Positions 1 to 12,065 of a stretch of 64,000 nucleotides of DNA are shown piece after piece. The position numbers were made by a program, and so were the translations under genes. Origin of the DNA: Entomortierella parvispora E1425 (taxonomy: Eukaryota; Fungi; Mortierellomycota); the NCBI GenBank assembly GCA_020891255.1, contig BQFW01000008.1:124001-188000 (forward strand), in the 5' to 3' direction. The notes beneath the pieces were generated by a model, which did not search any database, was not told where the DNA came from, and saw nothing but the letters and a program-made list of their open reading frames with translations. Positions within the stretch are counted from its first letter, which is position 1. Each line of letters opens with the position of its first letter.

Positions 1-1531
1 GTCTTGGATATGCACGCACACATCCTTGCATCGCCGTGCGTCAAAGATCTTTTTTTGTGCTCAATTGCTCGAGACAGAGACAGAGACGTAGAGACAAACA
101 GCAAAGACACATGCAAGATGGATCTGAATTGATTTGTCCCTGCACTCTGCGCTGAAGCCATCTGCAAATTCTGAAGTTCTGTTGTTTGCTCTTGTCATTG
201 CTCGAGCCATGGTTCCTTCCTCTCTTTCGCCTTCTACCCCTCATCTCTGTCCCCAATGCTCTCTGGATGCTCTCTCTGCCCACGGAGCACTCCAAAAGAA
301 GCATGGCCTTTCTCCCCCAACATCCGATCCAACAATGAATTATTACCCTGTCGTCCCCCCCTCCCCCCAAATTGATCCAGGGGGATAGATGCTTCACTGT
401 GATAGCCGGTTCATTCGTAGCATAGGATAAAAGAGACCTTCTATCCAATCACCCCCATAACCACATTCATAGCGTGCGTGTCCCTTCCCAACCAAAAAAG
501 CTTCATTCACGCCCCTCGGACGCACTCTTGTGTGCCCTTTCAAAAGTCATATTGCTCCCCCACATGTTTCTTTTCTTGTCAACGCCCCTTTTACCAAAAA
601 CAAAGACGGGTTGGGAAGCCCGCGTAACAAAGCATGGGGTGTCACAGGGTACACACCCTGTTTGAAGAAAAAAAAGAACGAGAGGAAAGAAAGAAAAAAA
701 AGAGATGCACACCAGAGACAACAGAGTCGAGAGAAAGAAAGAGAGATGCTGATAAGCCGAGAGATGATGGATGGTACACAAACACGTCTCTACGAGTTTT
801 TTTTTTTTTTTTTTTGTGGCAACATGGGAAAAAAAAGACCTCAGAGGCGCACCGTTGGCGTGATTGTTGTCCTACTCCAGATACCGGTCCATGAACATGG
901 TACAGGACCGTTTTGCATGTCGTCCAAAAATGTTATAGATTGACACAGCTCTGTGTTGTCATCCATCTTCCTCGAGCCATGCACAAAAAAATAAGGTGTA
1001 CGTACATTATCTGCAACAAACAACAACAGGGACAGATACCCGTGTCAAAACGTGTTCCGTCCTGTGGTGCCATGCGGCGGCGGCAAGATGCGGTGATTAT
1101 TTTTTTCATTAATAGACCAAGACGGTGGTGGCCACGAGAGAAAAAAAAGAGAGCCTCAGGAATCATGCAACGTCAAGGAAAAAGAAAAGACGATCATGAC
1201 GTTGTCCAGGAAAAAGTAAAAGATAAGACCCTCCCGCCAGTTAACCAGGGAGGCTGAACGTGCAGTGCCTCTTCTTCGTCCGGGTTGGGCTGTTCCTGCC
1301 CGATCTTTCTTTTTCGTCTCTTGCCTTGGCGGGAAAGAAAGGGAACATTCATCCTGCGTCGGAGAATGGATCGGGGACCTTTGCCTCATGAGGTTGCCGC
1401 CAAAAAAAAAAAAAAAAATCCTAATTTACTTTTTTCCTTCATTGGGATACTCGACTTGCCGACGCGTTTATTTTCAGAGAACCTCTTCAAGATCTGATGA
1501 AGGGAAGGCAAGCGATGAAAGGAGAGTCGCT

Positions 1532-2939
1532 CTACATGGCGCACTCGCTCATCATGTCCGCGGGAACATAGCTCTCGATGAACGACAAGAAGGTGTCCAA
1601 GGGGCAGGCGTCCAAGGTGCAGTTCAAATTGGGATTCGCAGGCACAACTCTGCCCTCAAAGAGCGCACGCACGACTTGATCGCCAGCCTTTGCTCCAGTA
1701 GTACTGTTCGCCTCCAACTCCCAGGTCTCCAGGATCAGGGTCGAGGCGTAGCCGGGCCAGGGGGTGTCGGGATCTGCAATCACAGCCAGGTTCTGATCAA
1801 TGGTCGCATCGTGAGCCGAGTAAAACTCAAAGGGCTTGACGCCAGAAGTACCGTTCACGGTTCCACGGATACCATTCGCAAGAGTCTTCAAGAACGGTCC
1901 AGATGTCAATCGCTTGGCCTCCTCAGCGCCGGCTTCGTAACGCAATGGGCCATGAGCGTAGAACATGGTGCCCGCAATGGCTTGAGCAGCTTCGTCGCCC
2001 GTGATGCAGTCAGAGGAGTTCGTGGCAGAACAAGGCAGAGGGATGTTGTTGCAGTAACGTGGCATCAAAGTGTCGCCGTTCAAGGTCTCATTGGTCTGAG
2101 CAATGTTCTCGACGCCCAGAATGGTATTGATCTTGGTCATCAAGGCGTAGTTCTGCTTGTAAAAGTTCAAGAAGGTCGGGGTCTTGATAAAAGCCTCGTA
2201 AATGGACACGCCCTTGGCACATGCCGTGTTCAAGGTCATGGTCTCAATGGTCTCAGGGAACGTGTCCATCTCGATCTCAACGCCGGGCGAGCGGCAAGGG
2301 AGGGGGTAAAGGCCATTCAACATGTTCTCGGCGGAGACCCTGGTGCGCCAAACGTAGGTGTTGCGGACATAGAGCTTGCTCGTGTCCAAGAACTGAGGGA
2401 TGAACTTGAGCAAATCCACGTAAATCCCTCGAAGGTCCTTTCCGACTTGGAACGTTTGGTTCTGGCCGCGGTCCGTCAACTGACCGACTTCACAGTTGCC
2501 GGTCCAGAAAATGTCAGCAAACGGGTTGTCCTCCGTGATGGTGATCAATGGCTTGAGCAGTGGACTCTGAGTCTTCGAGTTACCGCCGACAGAGGTCAAT
2601 TCGGCAGGGTTAGAGCAAATGTCGTAATCCACCTGTTTCCCAGGAAGAACCGCTGTGGGGGTGCGATCGCCGTGGCGCATCATAACCTGAACCTTCAGCA
2701 ACTTCGCCGCAGCCTATATCAAATGAATCCAGAAGGACTTGGTTGTCAGAAAATGTTGGTGAGAACAAATACCACAGAGTAGTTGCGATACTTACGATGG
2801 GTTGATAGGTTTGTTTGGCCACAGGGGTGATTCCCTGACAGTAGTTGTAGTTGTTGTAGAGAGTTTCATTGTAAGACTGACCAGCAGCCTGCAATGCAAG
2901 AACAGAAGCCGCAACAAAAGCGAGATTAAAGACGTGCAT
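1532..2939 (-). CDS. Secreted histidine acid phosphatase (clade-2 histidine phosphatase), about 441 aa
   Basis: Exons 2939-2796 and 2713-1532 (GTAAGT..TAG intron, phase 0). N-terminal signal peptide MHVFNLAFVAASVLALQAAG; catalytic RHGDRTP motif and downstream HD (SAHDATI); many N-x-S/T sites. Confidence 0.93.
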
Positions 2940-3048
2940 CTTCAGTGATGAGAATGACTTTTGTCAAAGGGAAGACTGCAGCACACGGGACAGGGACGGG
3001 GAGTGGTATGCAGAAAGACAAAGGATGTGGGGAAAAGAGAAGGGGAAG

Positions 3049-3180
3049 AGGAGAGAGTTTTTTGTTGACAGGACCCTGCAATTCACCCCTGCCTTATATC
3101 TGGCTCTTAGACGCGACCGCAGAATCCTGTTTATGGTTGTTTGGGAAAAGGAGAGAGTTTTTTGTTGACAGGACCCTGCA
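3049..3180. repeat. Perfect 32-bp direct repeat, period 100 bp, in the acid phosphatase promoter
   Basis: AGGAGAGAGTTTTTTGTTGACAGGACCCTGCA at 3049-3080 and 3149-3180. Confidence 0.95.
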
Positions 3181-4572
3181 GTTCATAACTTGGCTTGATT
3201 CAGGGACAGGGACAGGCGAACAGGGGAATAATATGTCCAACAGTCAATGATGAGCACAAGGGGCCGAGATTTGTTTTCTCCGAAAAAATAGTTGCTCTCA
3301 GTGTATGTGCCTGCGGAGGTTCTGCCAAGGGGGAGAAAAAACACACAGTTCGTGGTGTGAGCCTCAGGGCTTTGACTTTCGCAACAGTCGCGTGGAGGAA
3401 CGAGCAAAGGTCGCCGTTTACATCACCACTGTGCGACCAAAACCCACCCATTATAAACAGGAAGACAACAGACCACATCCATTGATGACACCCTGCACGG
3501 TTGGCGTTGTCCATGGGAATAAAGAAAGGAGCGATCCTTGTCCGGGTGATTACTGTAGTTCCATCCCGGAGCACGTTGCTGTGGCTGTTTGCCTTTCTTT
3601 CGCATCAGATCCAGTGCACGCCATAAAATTTTAAAAAACCATTGGTGACGATTGTCACGTCGCGGATCAATCTTCGCGCCGCGTGGTGCTTCTTCACCAA
3701 TTCCCTCACAATAATTGTTCTGCAACGACTAAAGAACTATAGCCCAATGGCTCGATGGCTCAACATTTCTCTTTTTTCGGTCTATCGACGTTCACCTTGA
3801 CAATTAACAAGTGACGCTTCCAACTCTCAATTGCTCTCAAAATCTGATGGATGCAGAAAGAAGGGTCAGCCGTCTCTCTCCACTTCTACAATTTCTTTTT
3901 CAGGGCTCTTCCCCATTGACGCTCCAGCCGTCTTTTTTTCCAACTTGTGAAAATACTTTTCGATACTCTTTGCTTGTGACCACGAAGAACCTTAGGCCCG
4001 ATCAAATCAGTCTTGCGAAATAGCCGAGCCGCAAACAGTCCCAAGGTTGGACGAAAACGCACCAAGAAACAGGAACTTTGATTTCACAGGAGGCGTGGGC
4101 ATGCGATCGAGCCGGTGGATCGACGAATGAACGAGCGGACCCGCCGCTGGGTTCGCTGTAGTGTGTCTCCACCACGCTGAAAGGTCCATGTGCCAACAAA
4201 ACTCCCCATGAGAAAATGAAATATGTAAAAAAGGAGTAGGAGGACAAGGACGATTGATAATCGACGCGTCTCATTTGCAGACACCCAACCCCTGGGAACT
4301 CTTTGTCTTGAAGGGGACTTGGAGAAGGGCGGAATAGACAGACAGGGTCCCCTTTTTTTGACGCTCAGCTGCTCTTTTGACGTGCACAAAAAGGAGAGCG
4401 ACAGCAGGAAGGTCAGCACGGCGATGGATCCTTGACGGCCACCTTCTAAAATGCACCGACAGCACCGACAACGCGAGACGCGACGCGCGATATCGCCTCA
4501 GCAAGGGAAAAAGAAGGGCAAGGATGTTGCCCAAAGCAAGACAAAGACGGAACTCGGAACTCAAGAAGCGGA

Positions 4573-4580
4573 CACGTGAC
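4573..4580. promoter_or_regulatory. GTCACGTG E-box (Cbf1/USF-type bHLH site), NIPA gene promoter
   Basis: CACGTGAC at 4573-4580, about 260 nt upstream of the ATG at 4838. Function is inferred. Confidence 0.5.
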
Positions 4581-4837
4581 CATTTCATGGTGGAGGATGC
4601 AGAATCACATGCATCATTGCATGTCCTGCTTCTTGTCGTCTTTCTTTCCTTCCTCCTCTCCTTCGTTCATCTACTCCTCAGCGCTCGTTCTTGTCCTTGC
4701 TCCCGTTCACTGCATCTATTCATCACTACTCTTTCCATCTGCATGGCATGCGGGACTGATTCCTGCCTTTAATCTGTCCACTTACTCCTGTAATTACACC
4801 TTCCCTGCCACACGCCGCATCCTTCATCATATTGACC

Positions 4838-7237
4838 ATGTCCTTTGAGAATCTCTCCGAGATCCTCTGGTCCTCTGCCGCCAGCCGCGGCATAGTGGAC
4901 CTCTTTAACCACCATCCTCCCGCCAACCATACAATGTCTGCCCTCTTTGGCGACGACGGTTCGCAGCCCGATGGATCCGCGCCTCACAACTTTCTCGTTG
5001 GCATCTCCATTGCCGTGGGCACGTCCTTTATCCAGTCCCTGGGCTTGACGATACAGCGCAAGTCCCATGTCATCAATGAAGCTATCCACCCAAAGGAGCT
5101 GCGCCGGCAGGCCTGTCAACGCCCTCTATGGCACCTTGGCTTCCACACGTATATCCTTTCCAACTTGACAGGAACCATCTTCTCGATTGGATACCTTCCT
5201 GTCATCATCTTGGCACCACTGGGCGCGGTGACCCTCGTCTTCAATGCCCTCTTTGCGCGATTGCTCTTGGGTGATGTGTTTTCAAGGCAGAGCGCCGCTG
5301 GTAAGTCCCCCTCTCGTCGCAGACGTCTGGACTCCTTCGCTCTTGTCCCCCTTTTTGTGCTTTGTCACAAATGACGAGAAACAAAAGAGGCGTAACTGTT
5401 GGCGCTGGACTAAAGGGAAAAGCAAACACACACGCGCTCATGGACAACGCCACGGCAACATTTGAACCGGTTTGGTTCCGCGCAGCGAGAGGAAACGCCA
5501 GCCAACATCGGGATCTATATTTATCAAAGGGAAGCCGAATTCAAGGGTACCATCTGTCGATTTCGTGGGTGTGTACCCTGCCTTGTTTGCACTTTCCATT
5601 CTGAAGCGGCAAGGCTATGCATAAGGAAGGGGGGGAAAGAAATCCACCGGACTACCTTATTTCGTCGCAACAACAGCAAACAAACACCCCATGTGGCTGC
5701 AACAGGAGGGAACCACCGTGTGCCCCCAAACACCCCACCGAGCCATTTTCTTGTGCTTGCGCGTGTTGCACATGTGCCAGAATTAGAGGGGTAGCCGCAG
5801 ATGGGGGCCTTTTCTTTACAAAGTTCCCTGACCTTCTGACTAATCTTTCCCACCACTTCTGCACCCCATGGTCTCCATCTTTTTTTCTTTTTGTTTCTTT
5901 TCTTAGGCACATTCTTGATCCTGTTGGGCGCTATCATGATTGGGCTGTTTGGCGTAGTACCAGAGCCGAGTCACTCGCTCAAAGATCTGATTGACCTGTG
6001 GAAGCGACCAGCATTCATCGTATATTTTTCGTTGATTGAGCTGACAGTCGTCAGTCTGTTAATCGGGAACAGGATTGTGGAGCAGATGCTGAAAAAGGAT
6101 GCAAAGGCGAACCTGGCAGGCGCTTCCTCAGTACATCAGAGGACAAGCAGCGGCATGGGCAGACTCGGCGTTCATGTCAACATGCATCATACACCCCGCT
6201 ACGCTAAACTGCTCGGGGGTCGATCGTTTGGGAAGCTCAGTCCGACCAGGATCAAGACGATGCTTGGGATCTCGTATGGTTGCGTAGGAGGAATGCTTTC
6301 AAGTCAGGCTCTGCTGTTTGCAAAGAGCGCCATTGAGCTGTTGATGCTCACGATTTTGGAAGGCGAAAATCAGTTTGAGAATCCGTTGAGTTGGTTCCTG
6401 GTCGTGGCCTTGATCACGGCTGCTTTGCTCCAGGTAAGAAAAGAAAGAACACGCGACTTTTTTTTTTCTGCAGTTTGGAACTGGATGCTCTCACGACTTT
6501 AATTGCGACCAAACTGCTCACATCGCGCTTTTCTACTTTTTCTTTTTTCGTTCGCTCTCTCTTTCTTCTGACGGTCGGGATGCTTATTGCGTTTATAGTT
6601 GTATTACCTGAACAAGGGATTACGATTGTGCGACACGGTCTTGTTGGTCCCATTGTCTTTTTGCGCTTACAACGTCTCGTGTCTCTTCAACGGACTCGTG
6701 TACTACAACCAGTGGGGCCGCCTGTACTGGTGGCAGATTCTTTTGGTCCTCTTTGGAATTAGTCAGGTGCTTGTCGGTGTTTTAGTTTTGGCTTGGCGTC
6801 CAGCTGCAGGAGACGAGTTTGGCGAGGATGGCGACGATCAGGAGGAGGCCACTTTGCTTTTACCCAACTCATCACGACCTTCGACACCTCGCCACAGTGC
6901 TCTGTTCTCGTTCAAGGCTCCTTCTCAGGCCGGCGTTGGAGGCGCTCCACAGCAGATGCATCAGCAGGATCCCTCTTTGGATGCGCGGAATCTGATCCAA
7001 GGATTCGAAATGTATGATAGTGATGAAGATACCACAGCGTCGTCTAGGAGGGCGTCGGATGAACAACAGTTGCCACCAGAGCGAGATCTTTTAGGACCTC
7101 GGTTGATCCCATTGGATTCGTCCGATAACTCGGATTGCCGCACTTTTTCAGAGGAGCCTTCGTCCCTATCACCCACGAATGTGCAGCCTTCAAAGACTTT
7201 GGCGTTTGATTCGAAGGGCAGTCAAAGATCCAAATAG
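4838..7237 (+). CDS. NIPA/DUF803-family magnesium transporter (DMT superfamily), about 542 aa
   Basis: Exons 4838-5300, 5907-6433, 6599-7237, all GT-AG with matching phases. Family-typical segments GTSFIQSLGLTIQRKSH, RPLWHLG, APLGAVTLVFN, YYLNKGL..CDTVLLVP. Confidence 0.9.
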
Positions 7238-7381
7238 ATCCATCTTCATCCGATTCACCTTCTCCCCACTAATAAATGGCCACACACGTCCATCTTTGTA
7301 CAATAGAAACACACAAAAAAACAGCTGATAGCTCTGGTTTATTGCTAGAAAATAAATGGGAAAAAAATAATCAAAATCGCC

Positions 7382-10300
7382 TTACTCCTTGAAGTAGTGT
7401 TTGACGAGATCGACCACGGGAAGAGATGCTCTACTCATTTCCAACTTGGACTTGAACTCGGCCTCGTTCTTGATCAACACTGTTCCTTCACGAAGTCGAA
7501 CAAGGGTTTCCTCCTCGACCTCCTTCTCATCTTCTTTCTCCTTGTTTCCATCCACGCCTCCCTCTGTATTGACTGCCCCCGCCTTCTTGGGTCCGTGGGT
7601 CACCGCCAAAAACTCGTCCTCTTGAGCCGGCAACTTGTGCGAGCGGATATGAACTGACAACTTTCGGACATGCTCAGAATCGGGATGGATCCACTTTGCA
7701 AAGAACTCTCTCAGTCGCTCGACCGTGATCTTGCGCATCTCATCCGCCTCATTCTGAGCCTGGTCGAATTCAAACGTTCCAGCGGTGATCACTGTCCAGT
7801 ACTTGGTAGCCTCCTCCCTCAGGTTCTTGCTCTTTTCCAAGCGCTTGACCGCCGTCGACTCGATCTGTTTGTTCAACTCTTCCTGGGTCATGTTCTCCAA
7901 CATCTCTCGAAGGCGTCCTCTGAAGAATTGCTCGATCCTGTGCTCGAGAAAGATGGGGTCGTATTCCGACTGAATGGTCACCTTGATACCCATCGTCCCC
8001 GCGTCTTCGTGAGTGCTACCTTGGACAATGTAGCCCAACTGCTCCACAGTTCTCAGCTGATTGAAGCAAGGCTCGTCCAGGATCTGTCCCAGAACCATGG
8101 TCAGCGCCTTCGTCTCCCTGAATTGCTGGTCCAGCGCGTCAAAAGTAACCTTGGTATCAACTTGCAGATAATATTGAATGCTCGAGTTCACATTCGTACC
8201 GTCCGTGTTGGCCCGAGGGTAGACGGCTCGGAAACCTGGGGGGAAGACTCTGGATCTGAGTTTCTTGATGCTCTCTGAACTCGTGAGCGGTCTCGATCCC
8301 AAGACCTCCTCGACGATCCAGCCAGCTTCCAACGCCTGGGACCGACTCGTGTTTCCAACAATCAGACCCTCAATAAACAGTCTTTCCAACACGTCCTTGA
8401 CGAAAATCTCGCAGTCTGCAGGGGTGATGGCGTCCACCTCTGCAGATTGCTCCAGGAATGACCACATGACTTCCTTGTTCAGGTAGTTCAGCCAGTAGAC
8501 TCCTTGCCCTGATGGTGTCGACTTGCCTACGTTTTGGTAATCCCTGTAGAGCTGATCCTTGACAGACTGGAATCTTTCTGGGTTGACTTTGAAGTTCTTC
8601 AGGGCCCTCAAAACAGTCTCGAGCAGCACGTTTGCCTTGTTGTGGTATCCTTGGATTTCGAGCTTGAACCCTTCGACCGCGACCAGGAATCCATATTTGA
8701 GTCCCGCCAGCTCGGCGCTATAGACCTCTTCCGTCAACATGTCCTCCAGCAAGTAACGAATAAAGTAGGCCTTTGCCTGATGAAGAGGTGAAACGCAGGC
8801 CATAGGGAACTTCAACGTAAACTGAAGCACAACCTTGGGCACCCAGAAGGTGTCATCCTTCTTGTGCCAAAGGCGAACCAAAGGTGACGTCTTGATCAGA
8901 TCTGGGTGGTTCTGAGCTGGAGGGCAGGCTTTGGTTTGAGGTTTGTGAGTCTCAAAATCCTGAGGGATGAACGGGTTGGGAACCGGGAGATGCAAATCCG
9001 GATGCAATTCAATGTTGGCCAGTCTCTGAGATATGGACAGAAGTCGATTTTATCAAGAATAGTTAATGGGCTATTGGGGGCAACCTGCGAACAACAGAAT
9101 AAAAGGCGGAATATTACCTGCAAAAGCGATTCGCTCACGTCCTGGACATGGTACTCGATTCCGAACCAGGGCTCCCTCTGCGTGAAAGCACCGCCGGGGA
9201 CAATATCCGTGTTCATAGTGGTGATCAACGCTCTCCAGTTGTCGATGCGGAGGCCAGCAATACATTCTTCCACCAATGCGTCATCACGCCCTTTGATCAA
9301 CTGGTTTCCAGACAAGATCCACTCCCTTTGAGGGATGTGCTGCATGTTTCTGACGGTTTCGTACACGTACATGTTGATATTTCCCTTCTCCTTGAACCGG
9401 AATGCCGTCGTAGCCAACGATTCGATCTAGATACACTCAACATGTTTAGTTCTCCTGTTTTTCAAAATAAAGTGAAAGAAAAACTGTCTCCCTAGGTTAC
9501 CTCCTCCCAAATGTGATTCTGGACGCCATTCTTTTGCATCAACTGGATGTATTGGAAGACGACCACAATAATATCCTCATGATGAACAAGTCCCTCCTTG
9601 GTCAGCTCCACGGTCATCTTCAGGAAATGATTGCCAATGCCAGCAACCATCGTCTCCATATCCAGGTCATTGCCCCATCCCAGTCGCTTGAGTAGGGACA
9701 AGACAGAGCCAGTTCCCTTGTGGCCCAGTAGATGCTTAATGTAGATGGAAGGCTTGACTCGATAGTTCTTCAGCTCATCCTGAACGGGAACTTGATTTCG
9801 AGCATTCGCTTGTCGCCGATCGGCTTCATGTAAACTGTCGTCTATATATAAAACGACACAAGGGCGCAAGGAAAGAGTGGAAAGATAAAGGTCAATTTAT
9901 CACCCTGTACATCCCCCCCCCCCCACCGCAATCGTCCAACGCTGATGTGATGCATGAGTGCCTTACCAAGAGCTCCTTGGACGTCCAAAGTGGGGTCGTA
10001 TACTTTGGTGGCGCAATGTTCAGATTGCGGATCTCTGAGAACTTTTCCACTGCCCACTCTGTCAGTTGATCCAGCGATTCTAAAACATGACGCCACAACA
10101 TACAAACATGATTTAACATAACTGCACATGGTATTCCATGATCGCCAAGCGAAAGAAGAGACGTTACCTCGACCAACGATGCAGGCCTTCATGATGTTGG
10201 ATGAGTAGTACTTGTGATAAAAGGCTATCAGCTCTTCTCGAACATCGATTCCTTCCTTGGCCGGGATCTCCTCCAGAGATACCAGGTTACCACTCCCAAA

Positions 10301-11384
10301 ACGCGAGTAAGGGTGATCGCGATTGCAAAGGGTCTTGCTCAAGTGGAACAGCCGGCGGTAGTCATTGTTCAGGTTACGCTTGAACTCCGAGTCCACGGCT
10401 CGGATCTCGCGATCCTTCATGTTCTCGCTGAAGACTGGCGAGATGAAGAACTGCGACAGCCTGTCAAGAACATGGAGATGCGGGAATGAGAAGGAGGTGA
10501 AGAGTCAAAAAAAAAAAAAAAAAAAAAAAAAGGATTGAGTTTGGAAAGAAAATCAAATCAGCTGGACACAAGGTTCCCAAAAGCAGAAGGAAGATGAGCA
10601 AGAACCGTTGTTGGTGTGATCAAGGGAAAAAAACGAACCAATGGTGGGAGGCACAACGCTTGGTCCTGTCTGTTCTTTCCCCTCAGGCTCTTTTCTCATT
10701 GCATTGGTTTTCTTACCTGTCCAGAGCACCTTCGAGATGCTCATGGCCGATGTTGAAATGATACGTCGTGTTGTCGAGAAAGGTGGTGGCGTTGGTGGCC
10801 CCGGCATGCTTACTCACATACTCAATGTAAGCATTCTCTTCAGGGTATTTCTTTGTCCCCGTGAAGAGAAGGTGCTCCAAAAAGTGTGCCAATCCAGGAA
10901 GGTGCTTCTAAAGGTGAAAAGAGTTGTTGTCGGTGAGAGGCTGCCTGTTGCGCTTGAAAAAAGTACAAACAAAATCAAAGGAAATCGGCAATTGCTCTCA
11001 AGCTGTGCGCGGCCTCTGCACTTGTACTTTTTCTTTGACAGAAGCCCGACACTTTTTCCATTGAAAAAAAAAGGCGATCGTCGTTTTTGGAGGTCTCGGC
11101 AGGGGACAATTGTGAACGCTAGAAGAAGCAATTTACGACTGAAAAAGGCACCTTCAACTTACAGGATCAGTCAGGTTCCCGACGTGGACATCCAAGCTCG
11201 CGGCCGATTTGTCGATGGTAGCGTCGTGCACAAGGGTGATCTCCATCTCGTTCGGCAAGCGAATCATCCTGTAGGTCCGGTTGTCATTGAGAGAGGCCTC
11301 GATCGGCTTGGTGAACACAGCGTACTGCCCATTGGCCGAGTATTCATACCCCTCGGGGAGGGGGGCATCGCTTGAGGTCATCAT
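7382..11384 (-). CDS. Insulysin/Ste23-like M16A zinc metallopeptidase, about 1037 aa if repaired; apparent 1-nt frameshift in exon 5 (pseudogene or assembly error)
   Basis: Exons 11384-11163, 10907-10717, 10460-10168, 10079-9967, 9841-9501, 9426-9118, 9025-7382. Inverted zinc motif [11 protein letters not shown]; [10 protein letters not shown]; C-terminal [14 protein letters not shown]. Exon 5 is 341 nt between two phase-0 junctions. Confidence 0.88.
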
Positions 11385-12065
11385 CGTTGGAGGAGTGTAT
11401 GTGGGGTCTGTCCAGAGTGAAAGGAAGGGCAGGGTGAGTTAACTGGTTCGCCAAGCATCAAGCTTGATTGCGACAAATGAGTATTGCGCTACCTGATTGA
11501 AAGAAGAGTGAAGGAGAGGATGTTGAGGAGGAGGGTTGGGGGAAGAAGGAAAGAAGGAAAGAGGGCAAATTTGTGGGAATAAACGCGACGCGATTTAAAC
11601 AAATGACAGCCGTCTCAGAACAGCAGCTCTCGTCCCGTCCTCCTGTGAGCAAAAAAACAAGGTGCAGTGGCGAAGTAGAACCCTCTCGGAAGGTGTTGCC
11701 GCATTAGCGTTTTCCCGAAAACAGCTGCGGAGATGGGCAAATGCCTGAAGGATGCTGTGCTCTGTTTGTCAGAGGTGAAGGCACGTCTTTTGGGATTCTC
11801 GTGTCTGCTCTTGTTGAATGTGTAATTCCTTTTGTTTTGTTTTGTTTCCATGTTGTTCCAGCCTCAACGTCTTCTTCCTCTAACGCTGCGCCTTGTGATA
11901 CCTTGTGGATGGTAAGATCGCTCCATCAAATCTGAGCAGGTTTCGTGATTTTTTTTTTTTATTATTAAAAGTACAAGCCTCGCAGATGATCTCTCATATT
12001 GAAGGCAAGGGGTGAAGGTTGTAGGTGAATGGCTATAAGGTATCGTGCCTCCCGTTCTCGTTGAT

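Noticed and set aside
1-1500. Several 60-137 aa ORFs on both strands
   Set aside because: Low-complexity translations of poly-A/T and GA-rich sequence; no motifs and no consistent exon chain found.
1265-2782. 505-aa plus-strand ORF
   Set aside because: Antisense shadow of the codon-biased acid phosphatase.
10641-11375. 244-aa plus-strand ORF
   Set aside because: Antisense to exons 1-2 and intron 1 of the insulysin-like gene; no recognisable motifs.
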